DNA of 64,000 bases. It comes from an uncultured Clostridium sp. Its GTDB lineage: Bacteria; Bacillota; Clostridia; TANB77; CAG-508. Position 1 is the first letter of the stretch. Every line of letters begins with the position of its first letter. Location of the stretch: assembly GCA_947648905.1 (NCBI GenBank), contig CANSPP010000001.1, forward strand, positions 204,114 to 268,113. Reading direction: 5' to 3'. Shown here in pieces: positions 1 through 12,410 of this stretch. Position numbers and translations under genes: made by a program. The notes beneath the pieces were generated by a model. The model worked only from the letters and a program-made list of their open reading frames with translations, was not told where the DNA came from and did no database searches.

Positions 1-95
1 GAATGTTTTTTTATTGTTACTCCTATTATTCCACCTAAAGTCGTTCCAAAAGTTCCAAAGAATAATCCTAGTAATGTTGTTTTTAATATTTCCAT
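1..95 (-). CDS. partial small membrane protein (N-terminus only, runs off the window edge)
   Basis: Reverse-complement ATG at 93-95 gives MEILKTTLLGLFFGTFGTTLGGIIGVTIKKH..., a hydrophobic, Gly-rich N-terminus; truncated by the window edge. Confidence 0.35.
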   Translation of the reverse strand, partial: MEILKTTLLGLFFGTFGTTLGGIIGVTIKKH

Positions 96-278
96 AGATA
101 AACTCCTTATTTTGTTTTACTATATTTTATTTTTTATTCTTTAGTTTTATTCATTTTAGGGATATTTACATAGTTTAAATAAAATATTAATAAAAATTTC
201 AAAAAGCCATTGTAAAAGAGAACAAATGTTGTTATAATATAACAGTCAAAAGGAAACAGAAAAGAAAGGAAAAAACAA

Positions 279-2612
279 ATGCAAAACATATTAGAAGGAT
301 TAAACGATAAACAGCACGAAGCCGTAGTAACAACAGAAGGACCATGCTTAGTAATAGCAGGAGCAGGAAGTGGAAAAACCAAAGTGTTAACACACAAAAT
401 AGCATATTTAATAGAAGAAAAAGGTGCAAAGCCTTGGGATATACTAGCAATAACATTTACAAATAAAGCAGCAAACGAAATGAAAGAAAGAATAGCAAAT
501 TTAATAGGAGAAGCAGCAAAAGACCTATGGATGGGAACGTTTCACTCAATTTGTGTAAAAATACTAAGAAGATTTATAGATAGAATAGGGTTTGACACAT
601 CATTTATAATATTTGATACATCAGACCAAAAAACATTAGTAAAAGGATGCTTAAAAGACCTAAACATAGACGACAAATTATTTAATGATAGAGCAGTTCT
701 ATCAGAAATAAGTAATGCAAAAAACGAAATGTTAGAACCAGCACAATATCAAGCAAGAGCAAATGGAGACTTTAGAAAAGAAAAAATAGCAACAGTATAT
801 GAGTTATATCAAAAAAGATTAAAAGAAAATAATGCAATAGACTTTGACGATATTATAAATTACACAATAAAAATTCTAATGGAAAATGCAGACATATTAG
901 AATACTATAGCAATAAATTCAAATATGTACTAGTAGACGAATATCAAGATACAAACAAATCACAATTTACATTAGTAACAATGTTAGCATCAAAACACGG
1001 AAACATTACGGTTGTAGGAGATAACGACCAAGGGATATACTCATTTAGAGGAGCAGATATATCAAACATACTAAACTTCGAAAAAGATTTTGCAGGAACA
1101 AAAATAATCAAACTTGAACAAAATTACAGATGTACAGGAAATATATTAAAAGCTGCAAACAGCGTAATCAAAAATAATGAAGTAAAATATAAAAAAGAAT
1201 TATGGACAAACAACGAACAAGGAAACTTGCCAAAAGTATATCAAGCACAAAACGAATATGACGAGGGAACATACATAGTAGAACAAATAAATCACTTAAA
1301 AAGAGAAGAATACTACAAATACTCAGACTTTGCAGTACTATATAGAATGAATACACAATCAAGAGCAATAGAAGAAATGCTTAGAAGAGAGGGAATACCA
1401 TACAAAATTATAGGTGGACTAAAATTCTATGAAAGAAAAGAAATAAAAGACACCATAGCATACTTAAGACTAATACAAAATGGAAATGACAACCTAAGCT
1501 TGAAAAGAATAATCAATGAACCTAAAAGGGGAATAGGAAAAACAAGCTTAGATAAAATAGAACAAATAGCACAAGCAAACGAAACATCAATGTATGAAGT
1601 AATAAAAAATGCAGAACAATACGGATTAAATAGAGTATACCTAAACTCTAGAGAATTTGTAAATTGTATAGAAGAACTAAAAGCTAAAAAAGATGATATG
1701 AAAATATCAGAATTGATAAAAGCAACATTAAAGAAAAGTGGCTACACTAAAGCGTTAGAAGCAGAGAACACCATAGAAGCAGAAAATAGAATAGAAAACT
1801 TAGACGAACTTTTAACAGTAGCAATAGAATTTGAAGAAGAAGAAGCGGAAAATGGACTAAGTCAATTCTTAGAAGGAATAACATTATCTAGTGATATAGA
1901 CAATTTAGAAGAAACAGAAGACTATGTGACATTGATGACTTTGCATAGTGCAAAAGGACTAGAATTCCCAGCAGTATTCTTAGTAGGACTAGAAGAAGGA
2001 ATATTCCCAGGGTATAAATCAATATCAGAACCAAGAGAACTAGAAGAAGAAAGAAGACTATGCTATGTAGGAATAACAAGAGCGAAAGAAAACTTATTCC
2101 TAACATGCAGTAAACAAAGAACAATATTTGGTTCAACAAGCTATAACCCAACATCAAGATTTTTAACAGAAATACCTTCAGAACTACTAGAAGGATATGA
2201 CGAAGCATTTGGAGAAACAACAAACAAGGAACAACTATTTAAAGATTCTCCTTATAGTTGGACATATGGTAGCAAAAACAACAATAGTAATAATAGTGGA
2301 ATAAAAACATACAAAATAAATGAAAAAGAACCTGCAGTTGCAGCATCTTCAGCGATTAGTAAAGGTTCAAACTCAGGATTTATGTTTAGAACAGCAGAAA
2401 GTTTCTTGAATAACCTAACAAAGAGCGGAACGGGCAATGTAGACCTTTCAAAATACAAAGCAGGAGTAAAAGTTATGCACAAGAAATTTGGTGAAGGAAC
2501 AATAGGAAAAGTGGAAGCAGAAGGAGAAGACTTAAAAGTAGACATAGACTTTGAAAAAGTAGGACATAAAAGACTTATGGCTAAATTTGCAAATCTACAA
2601 ATAATAGAATAG
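279..2612 (+). CDS. pcrA: ATP-dependent DNA helicase PcrA/UvrD family
   Basis: 777-aa ORF with Walker A AGAGSGKT, LAITFTNKAANEM, VLVDEYQDTN, and a UvrD C-terminal region; RBS aaagga precedes the ATG. Confidence 0.95.
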   Translation: MQNILEGLNDKQHEAVVTTEGPCLVIAGAGSGKTKVLTHKIAYLIEEKGAKPWDILAITFTNKAANEMKERIANLIGEAAKDLWMGTFHSICVKILRRFIDRIGFDTSFIIFDTSDQKTLVKGCLKDLNIDDKLFNDRAVLSEISNAKNEMLEPAQYQARANGDFRKEKIATVYELYQKRLKENNAIDFDDIINYTIKILMENADILEYYSNKFKYVLVDEYQDTNKSQFTLVTMLASKHGNITVVGDNDQGIYSFRGADISNILNFEKDFAGTKIIKLEQNYRCTGNILKAANSVIKNNEVKYKKELWTNNEQGNLPKVYQAQNEYDEGTYIVEQINHLKREEYYKYSDFAVLYRMNTQSRAIEEMLRREGIPYKIIGGLKFYERKEIKDTIAYLRLIQNGNDNLSLKRIINEPKRGIGKTSLDKIEQIAQANETSMYEVIKNAEQYGLNRVYLNSREFVNCIEELKAKKDDMKISELIKATLKKSGYTKALEAENTIEAENRIENLDELLTVAIEFEEEEAENGLSQFLEGITLSSDIDNLEETEDYVTLMTLHSAKGLEFPAVFLVGLEEGIFPGYKSISEPRELEEERRLCYVGITRAKENLFLTCSKQRTIFGSTSYNPTSRFLTEIPSELLEGYDEAFGETTNKEQLFKDSPYSWTYGSKNNNSNNSGIKTYKINEKEPAVAASSAISKGSNSGFMFRTAESFLNNLTKSGTGNVDLSKYKAGVKVMHKKFGEGTIGKVEAEGEDLKVDIDFEKVGHKRLMAKFANLQIIE

Positions 2613-2625
2613 AACTTTTAAAACG

Positions 2626-2655
2626 TTTTGGGACAACCCAAAAAAGTTTTGAAAT
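2626..2655 (+). terminator. rho-independent terminator candidate after pcrA
   Basis: gttttggg-acaa-cccaaaa hairpin followed by a T-rich run. Confidence 0.45.
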
Positions 2656-2783
2656 TTATAAAAAGTAAAAAAGTTTTAACTTTGAAAAAATAAAAGTTAA
2701 GACTTTTTTATTTTTTAGTTAAAAGATTTTGCATAAAAAAACAAAATAAGCAAAGAATAAGTAAGAATAACAAAAAGAAAGGA

Positions 2784-2981
2784 ATGATACGAATGGCAGA
2801 TTTAAATCAAACAGAATTACAACACTTAAGACATCTAATAGGAGCACACGAAACAGTATATCAAAAACTAAATACTTATTCTTCACAAGCGGTAGACCCA
2901 CAAATAAAGCAAGTGTTTGCGAAATCAGCGCAAGACGCATTAAATACAAAACAAAAATTAATGAACTTTTTAAATAATTAA
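2784..2981 (+). CDS. CotF-domain (spore coat protein F-like) small protein
   Basis: 65 aa with an ...SSQAVDPQIKQVFAKSAQDAL... pattern typical of the Coat F domain; strong RBS aaaggaatg. Confidence 0.55.
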   Translation: MIRMADLNQTELQHLRHLIGAHETVYQKLNTYSSQAVDPQIKQVFAKSAQDALNTKQKLMNFLNN

Positions 2982-2997
2982 TAAGGAGGAAATCAAA

Positions 2998-3243
2998 ATG
3001 GATGAAAAGGTAATGGTAAACGATATCTTAGCTGGAGTAAAATCAGACTTAGTAGCATATCAAACAGCTATATCAGAATCAGAAAATATGCAACTAAGAC
3101 AAACATTCCAACAAATAAGAAATAGTGACGAAAGCTTCCAATACGAACTATTCAAAATAGCTCAATCAAAAGGATACTATCAACCTGCGCAAAAAGCAAC
3201 TGTAACAGAAATTAACACAGTAAAAACAGAATTACAACAATAA
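2998..3243 (+). CDS. CotF-domain (spore coat protein F-like) small protein
   Basis: 81 aa, DILAGVKSDLVAYQTAISESENMQLRQTFQQIRN, matching the CotF family motif NxxLRQTLQQI; RBS aaggagg 8 nt upstream. Confidence 0.6.
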   Translation: MDEKVMVNDILAGVKSDLVAYQTAISESENMQLRQTFQQIRNSDESFQYELFKIAQSKGYYQPAQKATVTEINTVKTELQQ

Positions 3244-3492
3244 TTAAATATTAGAATAAAATTTTTTTATAAAAGGACAGTCTCTAATGGCAATATTTTG
3301 CTAAAAAGGACTGCCTTTTTATTATAAATATGAAAATGAGAGATAAACGGAGAAAAAAAGAGTAAATAGAAACAAAATGAAGGAAAACTATGAAATACAA
3401 ACAAGCCATATTGTTGCAAAAAATGAAATATTACAATATTATTACAAAAGAAATATTATAAAAAACCAAAATACAAAGGAGATAAAGTAAGT

Positions 3493-4506
3493 ATGTTAAA
3501 GAAGCTATTAGTACATACAAGACGAGGTATAAAATTTATAGTATTATTTATAATTGCAGTATTCCTAATTGTAGGAGCAATAGCATTTTTATATAAACCA
3601 ACATATAGTGTATGGTTAGGGGATGAGCAAATAGGTTATACAGAAAACAAGTCAACTCTACAACATACAATAAATGAATATGTTGAAAGTGGTGATGGAG
3701 ATGAAAACATTGCATTTGTGCAAGTAAATAAACTTCCAGAATACAAGCTATGCTTATTGAAAAAAGACATAGTATCAAATGATGAGGAAATACTAGGGAA
3801 AGTTAAAGAAGACGGAATTGCCTATTATAGATATTATGCAATAGCAGAAAAGGGAGAAGAGAAACTATACGTTTTAAATTTTGAAGAAGCAGAAAGTGTA
3901 GTAAATAAATTAAAAGAGAAAAACAGCAATAATATTGAGGATATAACAATTTTAGAAAAATATGAAACAGAAATGGCAGACATAGTATCAAGTGAAGACG
4001 CAGTAGCAAAACTATATGTTGAAAAACCAAAAGTAGTTACAGTAGCTAAAAACAAAACAAATACATATAAATCTACTGGAAATGTGAATATAACAAGCAC
4101 AATGTCAGGTGGAAGTGCTAGTATAGGAATAAGCCTAATTAGACCAGTATCAGGTATTATAACATCAAGATTTGGTGCAATAAGTAAGATAAGAACTTCA
4201 GCACATACAGGGCTAGATATATCTGCAGCACAAGGAACACCAATTAAAGCGGCAGCAGCTGGAACGGTAGTATCTTCAGGGTGGAATTCACACGGATACG
4301 GAAACATGGTAGTAATATCACATGGAAACGGTGTTCAAACATATTACGCCCATTGTCTTAGCTTATATGTAACAGCAGGGCAACAAGTATCACAAGGGCA
4401 AACAATAGCAGCAGTAGGTTCTACTGGAAATTCAACAGGACCACATTTACACTTAGAAGTAAGAGTAAACGGAGTTGCATATAATCCACAAAATTACGTA
4501 TATTAA
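3493..4506 (+). CDS. M23 family metallopeptidase (LytM/SpoIIQ-like) with N-terminal TM anchor
   Basis: N-terminal TM helix; C-terminal M23 domain with intact HTGLD...HGNG...HLHLE zinc-ligand motifs. Confidence 0.85.
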   Translation: MLKKLLVHTRRGIKFIVLFIIAVFLIVGAIAFLYKPTYSVWLGDEQIGYTENKSTLQHTINEYVESGDGDENIAFVQVNKLPEYKLCLLKKDIVSNDEEILGKVKEDGIAYYRYYAIAEKGEEKLYVLNFEEAESVVNKLKEKNSNNIEDITILEKYETEMADIVSSEDAVAKLYVEKPKVVTVAKNKTNTYKSTGNVNITSTMSGGSASIGISLIRPVSGIITSRFGAISKIRTSAHTGLDISAAQGTPIKAAAAGTVVSSGWNSHGYGNMVVISHGNGVQTYYAHCLSLYVTAGQQVSQGQTIAAVGSTGNSTGPHLHLEVRVNGVAYNPQNYVY

Positions 4507-4549
4507 TATGATGTTTTTAGGGACAGTCCCAAAAAACACAAAAAAATAA

Positions 4550-4567
4550 TCCCCCTAAATCGGGGGA
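4550..4567. terminator. bidirectional hairpin terminator between the M23 gene (+) and mecA (-)
   Basis: tccccc-taaatc-ggggga hairpin, A-run upstream and T-run downstream; a gggacagtccc palindrome sits nearby at 4520-4530. Confidence 0.5.
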
Positions 4568-4571
4568 TATT

Positions 4572-5186
4572 TTAATGTGCGAAATAATTAATTCCTGTTA
4601 AAATAGCATTGTTTTTAATTATAACTTTGCCGTGCTCCAAAAGCTTGCTTTCGAAAGTAGACGCAGTAGGCAAAGGCGTAGCAAATTCTGTGATTAGAAA
4701 ATAAAGAGGTTTTATAGAGTTATGGCAAACATTAATGTTTTTAACAAGTAAAAAATATGTATCATTATATAAATATAAAACAATATTTTTAGATAGTTTC
4801 TTTATATTAAATGAATTTATTTGATTTATTTGCTCACAAAGTAGGCAAAAGTCCTCGAAGTTGTTAAATTTAAAGATAGCGTTTGAAGTTATAGGCATTG
4901 GAGATTTTCTTTTTACAGTTAATTTCTTTTTTTCCACTTTTTGTGAATATTTAGTAATAGTAAAAACCACAATATTCTCAGTAGAAGAGAATGATTCGAT
5001 TAGTAGTTTGCAACCATCGGTATTAAAACCAACTTCATATTCTGCTTTTTTCAAAATGTCGGCTAACAATAAGTTATCGGCTAAAGCCTCAGCAATAAAA
5101 GCTTTAGGAGATAGATTTTCGATGTTAAAATCGGAGGGGTTAATAAGTACTCGAATTTTATTCTCTGTTAGTCTTTCTATTTTCAT
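4572..5186 (-). CDS. mecA: adaptor protein MecA (negative regulator of competence, ClpC adaptor)
   Basis: 204 aa; MKIERLTENKIRVLINPSDF... N-terminus typical of the MecA family; size and architecture fit. Confidence 0.7.
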   Translation of the reverse strand: MKIERLTENKIRVLINPSDFNIENLSPKAFIAEALADNLLLADILKKAEYEVGFNTDGCKLLIESFSSTENIVVFTITKYSQKVEKKKLTVKRKSPMPITSNAIFKFNNFEDFCLLCEQINQINSFNIKKLSKNIVLYLYNDTYFLLVKNINVCHNSIKPLYFLITEFATPLPTASTFESKLLEHGKVIIKNNAILTGINYFAH

Positions 5187-5391
5187 AAATATATGGCCTC
5201 CTTAAAACACTTATTAATTATATTATACTACTAATAGCATTATATTTAAATCCACAAAATTTGGTAACAAAATTATATGTAAAAAATACCCAAATATACT
5301 TGAAAATTTTACTAATTCAAGATATAATAGGAACGTGGTAAAAAAGTAATATCCGTAAGGAAAAATTAAACTTTTAGGAGGAGAAAAAGAT

Positions 5392-5649
5392 ATGGCAACT
5401 AAAGAAAAAAATATATGGATTTTATTAATATTCATTTTATCAGGACTTGTAATAGGAGGACTACTTGGAGAATTAGCATCAAGAGTAAGCTGGTTATGGT
5501 GGTTATCATATAACCAAAGCTTTGGTTTAGAAAGTCCAGTAACACTAGATTTAAGTATAATGCAAATAACATTTGCGTTAATGTTTAAAATAAGTGTGTC
5601 AAGTATAATAGGAATGGTATTAGCAATATTCATATACAAAAAAATATAG
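5392..5649 (+). CDS. DUF4321-family small membrane protein
   Basis: 85 aa with two TM segments, immediately upstream of radC/mreB, as is usual for DUF4321; RBS aggaggag. Confidence 0.55.
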   Translation: MATKEKNIWILLIFILSGLVIGGLLGELASRVSWLWWLSYNQSFGLESPVTLDLSIMQITFALMFKISVSSIIGMVLAIFIYKKI

Positions 5650-5698
5650 AAAACGAAAAAATAGGGGCAAAAAACATTAAGAAAGGAACAATAAGAAT

Positions 5699-7470
<1,772 letters not shown>

Positions 7471-7527
7471 GGTAAAAAGGCAACAAAAGTTGAATAACGC
7501 AAAATAAAGGAAAAGAAGGAGTAGAAA

Positions 7528-8340
7528 ATGTACAAAAACAAAAAAGGCGGAATAATAGGAATTATAATAACAATAATACTATTAATATTAATTGTAATAT
7601 TTTCAAATGGAGAAAAAAATAGTAACTTCTTTGAAAATGCTGCAACAAACCTAGTAATGCCAATACAAAATGGACTAACATACCTAAAAAACAAACTAGG
7701 TGGAAACAACACATTTTTTACAGACATAAACAACCTAAAATCTGAGAATGAGAAATTAAAACAAAAAAATAGTGAACTAGAGCAATCCCTAAGAGAACTA
7801 GAAAACATCAAAAACCAAAATGAAACACTAACAGAATATTTAAACCTAAGTGAGAAATATGGAGAATACAAGACAATACCAGGATATGTAATAAACAAAG
7901 AAATAAGTAATTACTCAAAGACAATAGTAATAAATATTGGGAAAAAAGATGGAATAGAAGAAAATATGACAGTAATAGCAGACAAAGGTCTAGTTGGACA
8001 CGTAATATCAGTAACAGAAACAACAGCAAAAGTACAAACAATAATAGACACAGCAAGTTCAGTAAGTTGTTCAATGAGCACAACAAAAGACAGCATAGTA
8101 TGTAAAGGAACATTAGACGAAAAATCAGCATTAAAAGCAATGTATATCCCAACAGAGAGCAACATTATTCAAGGAGACAGTATAGAAACATCAGGGTTAG
8201 GTGGAATTTATCCAAAAGGAATTCACATAGGAACAGTAAAAAAAGTAACAAATACACAAAATATGACAGATAGATACGCAATTGTAGAAGCAGCAGTAGA
8301 TTTTGATAAACTTGATACAGTATTAGTAATAAAAAATTAA
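7528..8340 (+). CDS. mreC: rod-shape-determining protein MreC
   Basis: N-terminal TM, coiled-coil (LKSENEKLKQKNSELEQSLRELENIKNQNETL), C-terminal beta domain; follows mreB. Confidence 0.85.
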   Translation: MYKNKKGGIIGIIITIILLILIVIFSNGEKNSNFFENAATNLVMPIQNGLTYLKNKLGGNNTFFTDINNLKSENEKLKQKNSELEQSLRELENIKNQNETLTEYLNLSEKYGEYKTIPGYVINKEISNYSKTIVINIGKKDGIEENMTVIADKGLVGHVISVTETTAKVQTIIDTASSVSCSMSTTKDSIVCKGTLDEKSALKAMYIPTESNIIQGDSIETSGLGGIYPKGIHIGTVKKVTNTQNMTDRYAIVEAAVDFDKLDTVLVIKN

Positions 8341-8355
8341 TGAAATAAAGTAGAG

Positions 8356-8898
8356 GTGAACAAATTGAAAAAGTTAATAATAAATATAGCATTAATAATA
8401 ACAGCACTAATTATATATTATTTACAATCAAACTTTTTTAGTTGGTTCAATATTGCAGGAGTTATGCCAAATCTGTATGTTATACTAGTTTTATTTATAG
8501 GATTATTTGCAAATCAAACAACAGGAACAGCATATGGAATAGGAATAGGAATAGTAGTAGATTTACTATTAGGAAAACAAGTTGGAATATATGCTGTATC
8601 ACTAGGGCTAGTTGGATTTCTAGCAGGAGTTTTTGATAAGAATTTTTCAAAAGATAGCAGAATGACAATAATGGTTATGTCTATAGGAGCAACAGCTATA
8701 TATGAAATATTAAACTGGATATTAAAATATATATTTATAGCAAGTCAAGTAGAAATAGTAAACTTTGCAATAATTCTTGCAATTGAAATAGTGTTTAATG
8801 TAATACTAACAATTATATTATATCCATTAATACAAAAAGCGGGGTATTATATAGAAAACGAATATAAAGGAAACAAAATATTAACAAGATACTTCTAA
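8356..8898 (+). CDS. mreD: rod-shape-determining protein MreD (polytopic membrane); alternative TTG start at 8365
   Basis: 180 aa, 5-6 TM helices, located between mreC and PBP2. Confidence 0.7.
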   Translation: MNKLKKLIINIALIITALIIYYLQSNFFSWFNIAGVMPNLYVILVLFIGLFANQTTGTAYGIGIGIVVDLLLGKQVGIYAVSLGLVGFLAGVFDKNFSKDSRMTIMVMSIGATAIYEILNWILKYIFIASQVEIVNFAIILAIEIVFNVILTIILYPLIQKAGYYIENEYKGNKILTRYF

Positions 8899-8915
8899 AA
8901 AAGGAGGGAAGAAGT

Positions 8916-11045
8916 TTGACAAGAAAAAATAAAAGTGCAAAAAAAGCAAATGTTAACTTAAGATTTAATATATTAACAGTATTAATATATATAGTAGGAA
9001 TTATATTGATTGTCAAACTATTTTCACTTCAAATAGTACATGGAGCCGAATATAGAGAACAATCAAACACGAGACTAACAAGAGAAAGTACACTAGAAGC
9101 GGCAAGGGGAGCAATACTAGATAAGACGGGAGTACCACTGGTTACATCATCAATGAGATTTTCGCTTGAAATGTACAAAACAAAAGTTGACAACAACACA
9201 CTAAATGAAGATATATTAAATATGGTACAAGTTTTAGAAAAATATGAAGTATCATATGTAGATTCATTTCCAATTAGCATAAATCCATATGAATTTAAAA
9301 TTTCAGAACAAGCACTTGCTAATTGGAAGAAATCAAACAATTTGGACCCAAACATAACAGCAGAAGAAGCTTTTGACAAATTTGTAAATAAATATAAAAT
9401 TCAAAATACTAACAATATAGAAGAACTAAGAAAAATAATAGCAATAAGATATGAAATATCACAAAAAGGATATAGTAGTACAAAAGCAATAACAATAGCA
9501 AAAAACATACCAAGAGAAGCTGTTGCAGAATTTAGTGAAAGCTCAAATAAGTTTTCAGGACTAAACATAGTAGTACAGCCTGTAAGAAGCTATACATCAG
9601 GAAGCTTAGCATCACACATCTTAGGATATGCATCACAGATAAGTTCAGAAGAATATGAAACAAGAAAGAATACATATGATCAAAATGACCTAATAGGAAA
9701 AACAGGAATAGAATATGTATTTGAAGAATATCTAAGAGGTAAAAAAGGAACAAAACAAATAGATATGAGTGTTGATGGAAGCACAACAGCAGAATACATT
9801 TCAGAAGAAGCAATAGCAGGTTCAGATGTAGTGCTAACAATAGATGCAAACTTACAAAAGGTAACAGAAGATGCATTAAGAAATAATATACAAAAAATAT
9901 CAACAGGTGGATTTGGAAAAGTATATGATGCAAAAGCTGGAACTTGTGTTGTAATGAATGTAAAAAGTGGAGAAATATTAGCAATGGCAAGCTATCCAGA
10001 CTACAATCCAGCAGACTTCGTAGGCGGAATAAGCTCAGAAAATTGGGCAAAATATAGAGACGACGAAGCAAAACCACTAGTAGACAAAGCAATACAAAAT
10101 TCATACTCACCAGGGTCAACATTCAAAATGATAACAGCAATAGCAGGATTAGAATCTGGAGTAATAAACCTAAACACAAGAATAAATGACACAGGTGTAT
10201 ACACAAAATATGCAAAAGTTGGAATAACAATGAATTGTTGGGTATATACAGACTACCACAGAGGACATGGAAACATAAACGTATCACAAGCAATAGAGCA
10301 ATCTTGTAACTATTTCTTCTACGAAACAGCAGACAGAATGGGAATAGATAAATTAGTTCAAGTAGCAAAATATTTTGGGCTAGGAGGAAAAACAGGAATA
10401 GAATTACAAGGTGAAACAGCAGGAGTATTAGCAAGTAGAGAATCAAAAGCAAAAATACACACAGACTCACCAAACTGGAATCCTGGAGATAGCTTAAATG
10501 CAGCAATTGGACAAGGAGATAATGAGTTTAGTCCAATACAAATGGCAAGATACATAAGTATGCTTGCAAATGGCGGACACAGAATATCACCTACAATAAT
10601 AAAAACAATAAGAAGTGCAGACGGAACAGAAGTATCAAGAGAAGAAATAGATAAATTTGTAAACGCAAAATTAGGAATACAAGAAGAAGAAACAGAAGAG
10701 TTAAATATCAACCAAAATTACCTAGATGCAGTACTAAACGGAATGAGGTCAGTTACATCAGATAGTTCAGGAACAGCATATTCAATATTTAGGAACTTTA
10801 ACATAAGTGTAGGTGGAAAAACAGGTTCTGCAGAAGCACCAGGTAACAAAGTAAATGCGTGGTTTGTGGGATTTGCGCCATTTGAAAACCCAGAAATAGC
10901 GATAGTAGTTATGGTAGAAAATGGTTCACATGGTAACTATACAGCAGAAGTAGTAAGAAATATAATGTCAGAATACTTCGGAATGAACACACAAAATGTA
11001 GAAGAAGATATGACAGCAACACCATATGTACAAATAATGAATTAA
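8916..11045 (+). CDS. mrdA: penicillin-binding protein 2 (elongation-specific transpeptidase)
   Basis: 709 aa; TM, PBP dimerisation domain, transpeptidase motifs SxxK (STFK), SxN and KTGS/KTGT; TTG start with RBS ggaggg. Confidence 0.9.
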   Translation: MTRKNKSAKKANVNLRFNILTVLIYIVGIILIVKLFSLQIVHGAEYREQSNTRLTRESTLEAARGAILDKTGVPLVTSSMRFSLEMYKTKVDNNTLNEDILNMVQVLEKYEVSYVDSFPISINPYEFKISEQALANWKKSNNLDPNITAEEAFDKFVNKYKIQNTNNIEELRKIIAIRYEISQKGYSSTKAITIAKNIPREAVAEFSESSNKFSGLNIVVQPVRSYTSGSLASHILGYASQISSEEYETRKNTYDQNDLIGKTGIEYVFEEYLRGKKGTKQIDMSVDGSTTAEYISEEAIAGSDVVLTIDANLQKVTEDALRNNIQKISTGGFGKVYDAKAGTCVVMNVKSGEILAMASYPDYNPADFVGGISSENWAKYRDDEAKPLVDKAIQNSYSPGSTFKMITAIAGLESGVINLNTRINDTGVYTKYAKVGITMNCWVYTDYHRGHGNINVSQAIEQSCNYFFYETADRMGIDKLVQVAKYFGLGGKTGIELQGETAGVLASRESKAKIHTDSPNWNPGDSLNAAIGQGDNEFSPIQMARYISMLANGGHRISPTIIKTIRSADGTEVSREEIDKFVNAKLGIQEEETEELNINQNYLDAVLNGMRSVTSDSSGTAYSIFRNFNISVGGKTGSAEAPGNKVNAWFVGFAPFENPEIAIVVMVENGSHGNYTAEVVRNIMSEYFGMNTQNVEEDMTATPYVQIMN

Positions 11046-11062
11046 TTTGAAAGGATGTTAAA

Positions 11063-11675
11063 ATGAGAAATAGTGTTAGTATTAATTTAAGAAAAGATGA
11101 AATAATAATAAAATTAAGCGAAGATGTGGAACAAAGAGAAATAGTAGGAAGACTAAAGAAAAAACTACCAGACTTAAAAAAATTATACCAAAACGAAAAA
11201 ACTCCAATAAGAGTAGTAGGAAAAGTACTAAAAAATAAGGAAATAGACGAAATACAAGACCTAATAAAATCAACAATAGATGTAGAAATAAACTTTGATA
11301 TGCCAAAAACACTAGGGCTACACAGCATAAGAAGAACATATGATAGAGAAATAGCAACATCAGAAACAAAATTTCATAGAGGTTCACTTCGTTCAGGGCA
11401 AAAGCTAGAAACAGAAGGAAGCTTAGTAATTCTAGGAGATGTAAACTCAGGAGCAGAAGTAATAGCATCAGACAATATTGTAGTATTAGGAGCGTTAAGA
11501 GGCTTGGCACATGCAGGCGCAAAAGGAAATAAACAAGCAATAGTAGCAGCTCGGACTATTTGATGCTGTGCAAATTAGAATCGCAAATATAGTAAAAGAA
11601 ATCAACAGAGACGAAGAGCCAATGCACAAACAAGCATACATAAGCGTAATAGAAGACAAAATTGTGATAGAATAA
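11063..11675 (+). CDS. minC: septum site-determining protein MinC, interrupted by a +1 frame break at the in-frame CGG at 11552-11554
   Basis: N-terminus and the beta-helical C-terminal domain (VILGDVNSGAEVIASDNIVVLGALRGLAHAGAKGNKQAIVAA) lie in frame 11063+3k, which stops at 11563. The conserved continuation LGLFDAVQIRIANIVKEINRDEE...IEDKIVIE* lies in +1 frame from 11553. Skipping the C at 11552 joins them. Confidence 0.8.
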
Positions 11676-11677
11676 TT

Positions 11678-12010
11678 TTAGCTTAAAAGCAACAAAATTA
11701 AACTAATAAACAAAATTTCATCTTTAACACCTTCTGTATAAAGAAAAAATAATAAACCAAGAATAAGAATATCATCAAAATATAATTTGATGCCAAGAAT
11801 TTCTAAAATAGGTTCTTCTAAATTAGAAGAAAACAAATTAGAAAAATTCAAATTGGCAAAAGAATTTCGTTTTGATGCTATTCTTTTTTCAGGTTCTTCA
11901 ACCTTTTCAGGCTCTTCGATTTTTTCTATTTTTTGCAAATTATTATTTTGCATTCTATGATTATAATAATTATTATAACGATAGTAATAATTAGAATAAA
12001 CCATTGCCAT
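11678..12010 (-). CDS. hypothetical Tyr/Asn-rich small protein with C-terminal hydrophobic segment (possible spore coat/forespore protein)
   Basis: RBS aaggag 7 nt upstream of ATG (MAMVYSNYYYRYNNYYNHRMQ...); EPEK repeats; C-terminal hydrophobic tail; convergent with minC. Confidence 0.4.
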   Translation of the reverse strand: MAMVYSNYYYRYNNYYNHRMQNNNLQKIEKIEEPEKVEEPEKRIASKRNSFANLNFSNLFSSNLEEPILEILGIKLYFDDILILGLLFFLYTEGVKDEILFISLILLLLS

Positions 12011-12410
12011 TATTCTCCTTGCCATCATTTTTTAACAATTCAGCAATTTTAGCAACATTCATCAAATTAGCATATTGATCAATTTTTTCTTTCTTTTCAT
12101 CTCTTAAATAAGGTTTTAAAGAATGAAGTAAATTTGTTCTAGGGTCATCTTTAGAATTCATTTTATCTAAAACAGACTTCATTTTCATAATAGTGTTCAT
12201 ATCAATATTACTAAAATCAAAATTGCCAGAATTATTATTTCCGCTAGAATTCCCATTATTTTTATGTGCATTGTCTCCATTATTCATCATAGAAGAAAAA
12301 TTTTGCATCATTTCTGGCGGAATTTTAGAAATAACATCAGAAAGTTCGCCATTGTCCATCATACTTTTCAATTTATTAACCATATTTGCATCAATATTAA
12401 AATTATCCAA
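11991..12410 (-). CDS. hypothetical Asn/Gly/Ser/Met-rich small protein
   Basis: RBS gaggtga then TTG; low-complexity NNGNSSGNNNSGNFDF region and a conserved-looking C-terminus (PRTNLLHSLKPYLRDEKKEKIDQYANLMNVAKIAELL); start uncertain (ATG at 12383 is an alternative). Confidence 0.35.
   Translation of the reverse strand: MDNFNIDANMVNKLKSMMDNGELSDVISKIPPEMMQNFSSMMNNGDNAHKNNGNSSGNNNSGNFDFSNIDMNTIMKMKSVLDKMNSKDDPRTNLLHSLKPYLRDEKKEKIDQYANLMNVAKIAELLKNDGKENNGNGLF

Noticed and set aside
4861-5205. 114-aa plus-strand ORF antisense to mecA
   Set aside because: It lies entirely within mecA on the opposite strand, has no RBS and low-complexity composition.
9532-10122. Many long minus-strand Leu/Phe-rich ORFs inside the plus-strand genes (e.g. 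9532-10122, 28658-29272, 43862-44545, 42905-43483)
   Set aside because: These are antisense artefacts of A-rich coding strands (TTx/CTx codons on the opposite strand). They have no RBS and are fully nested in well-supported genes.
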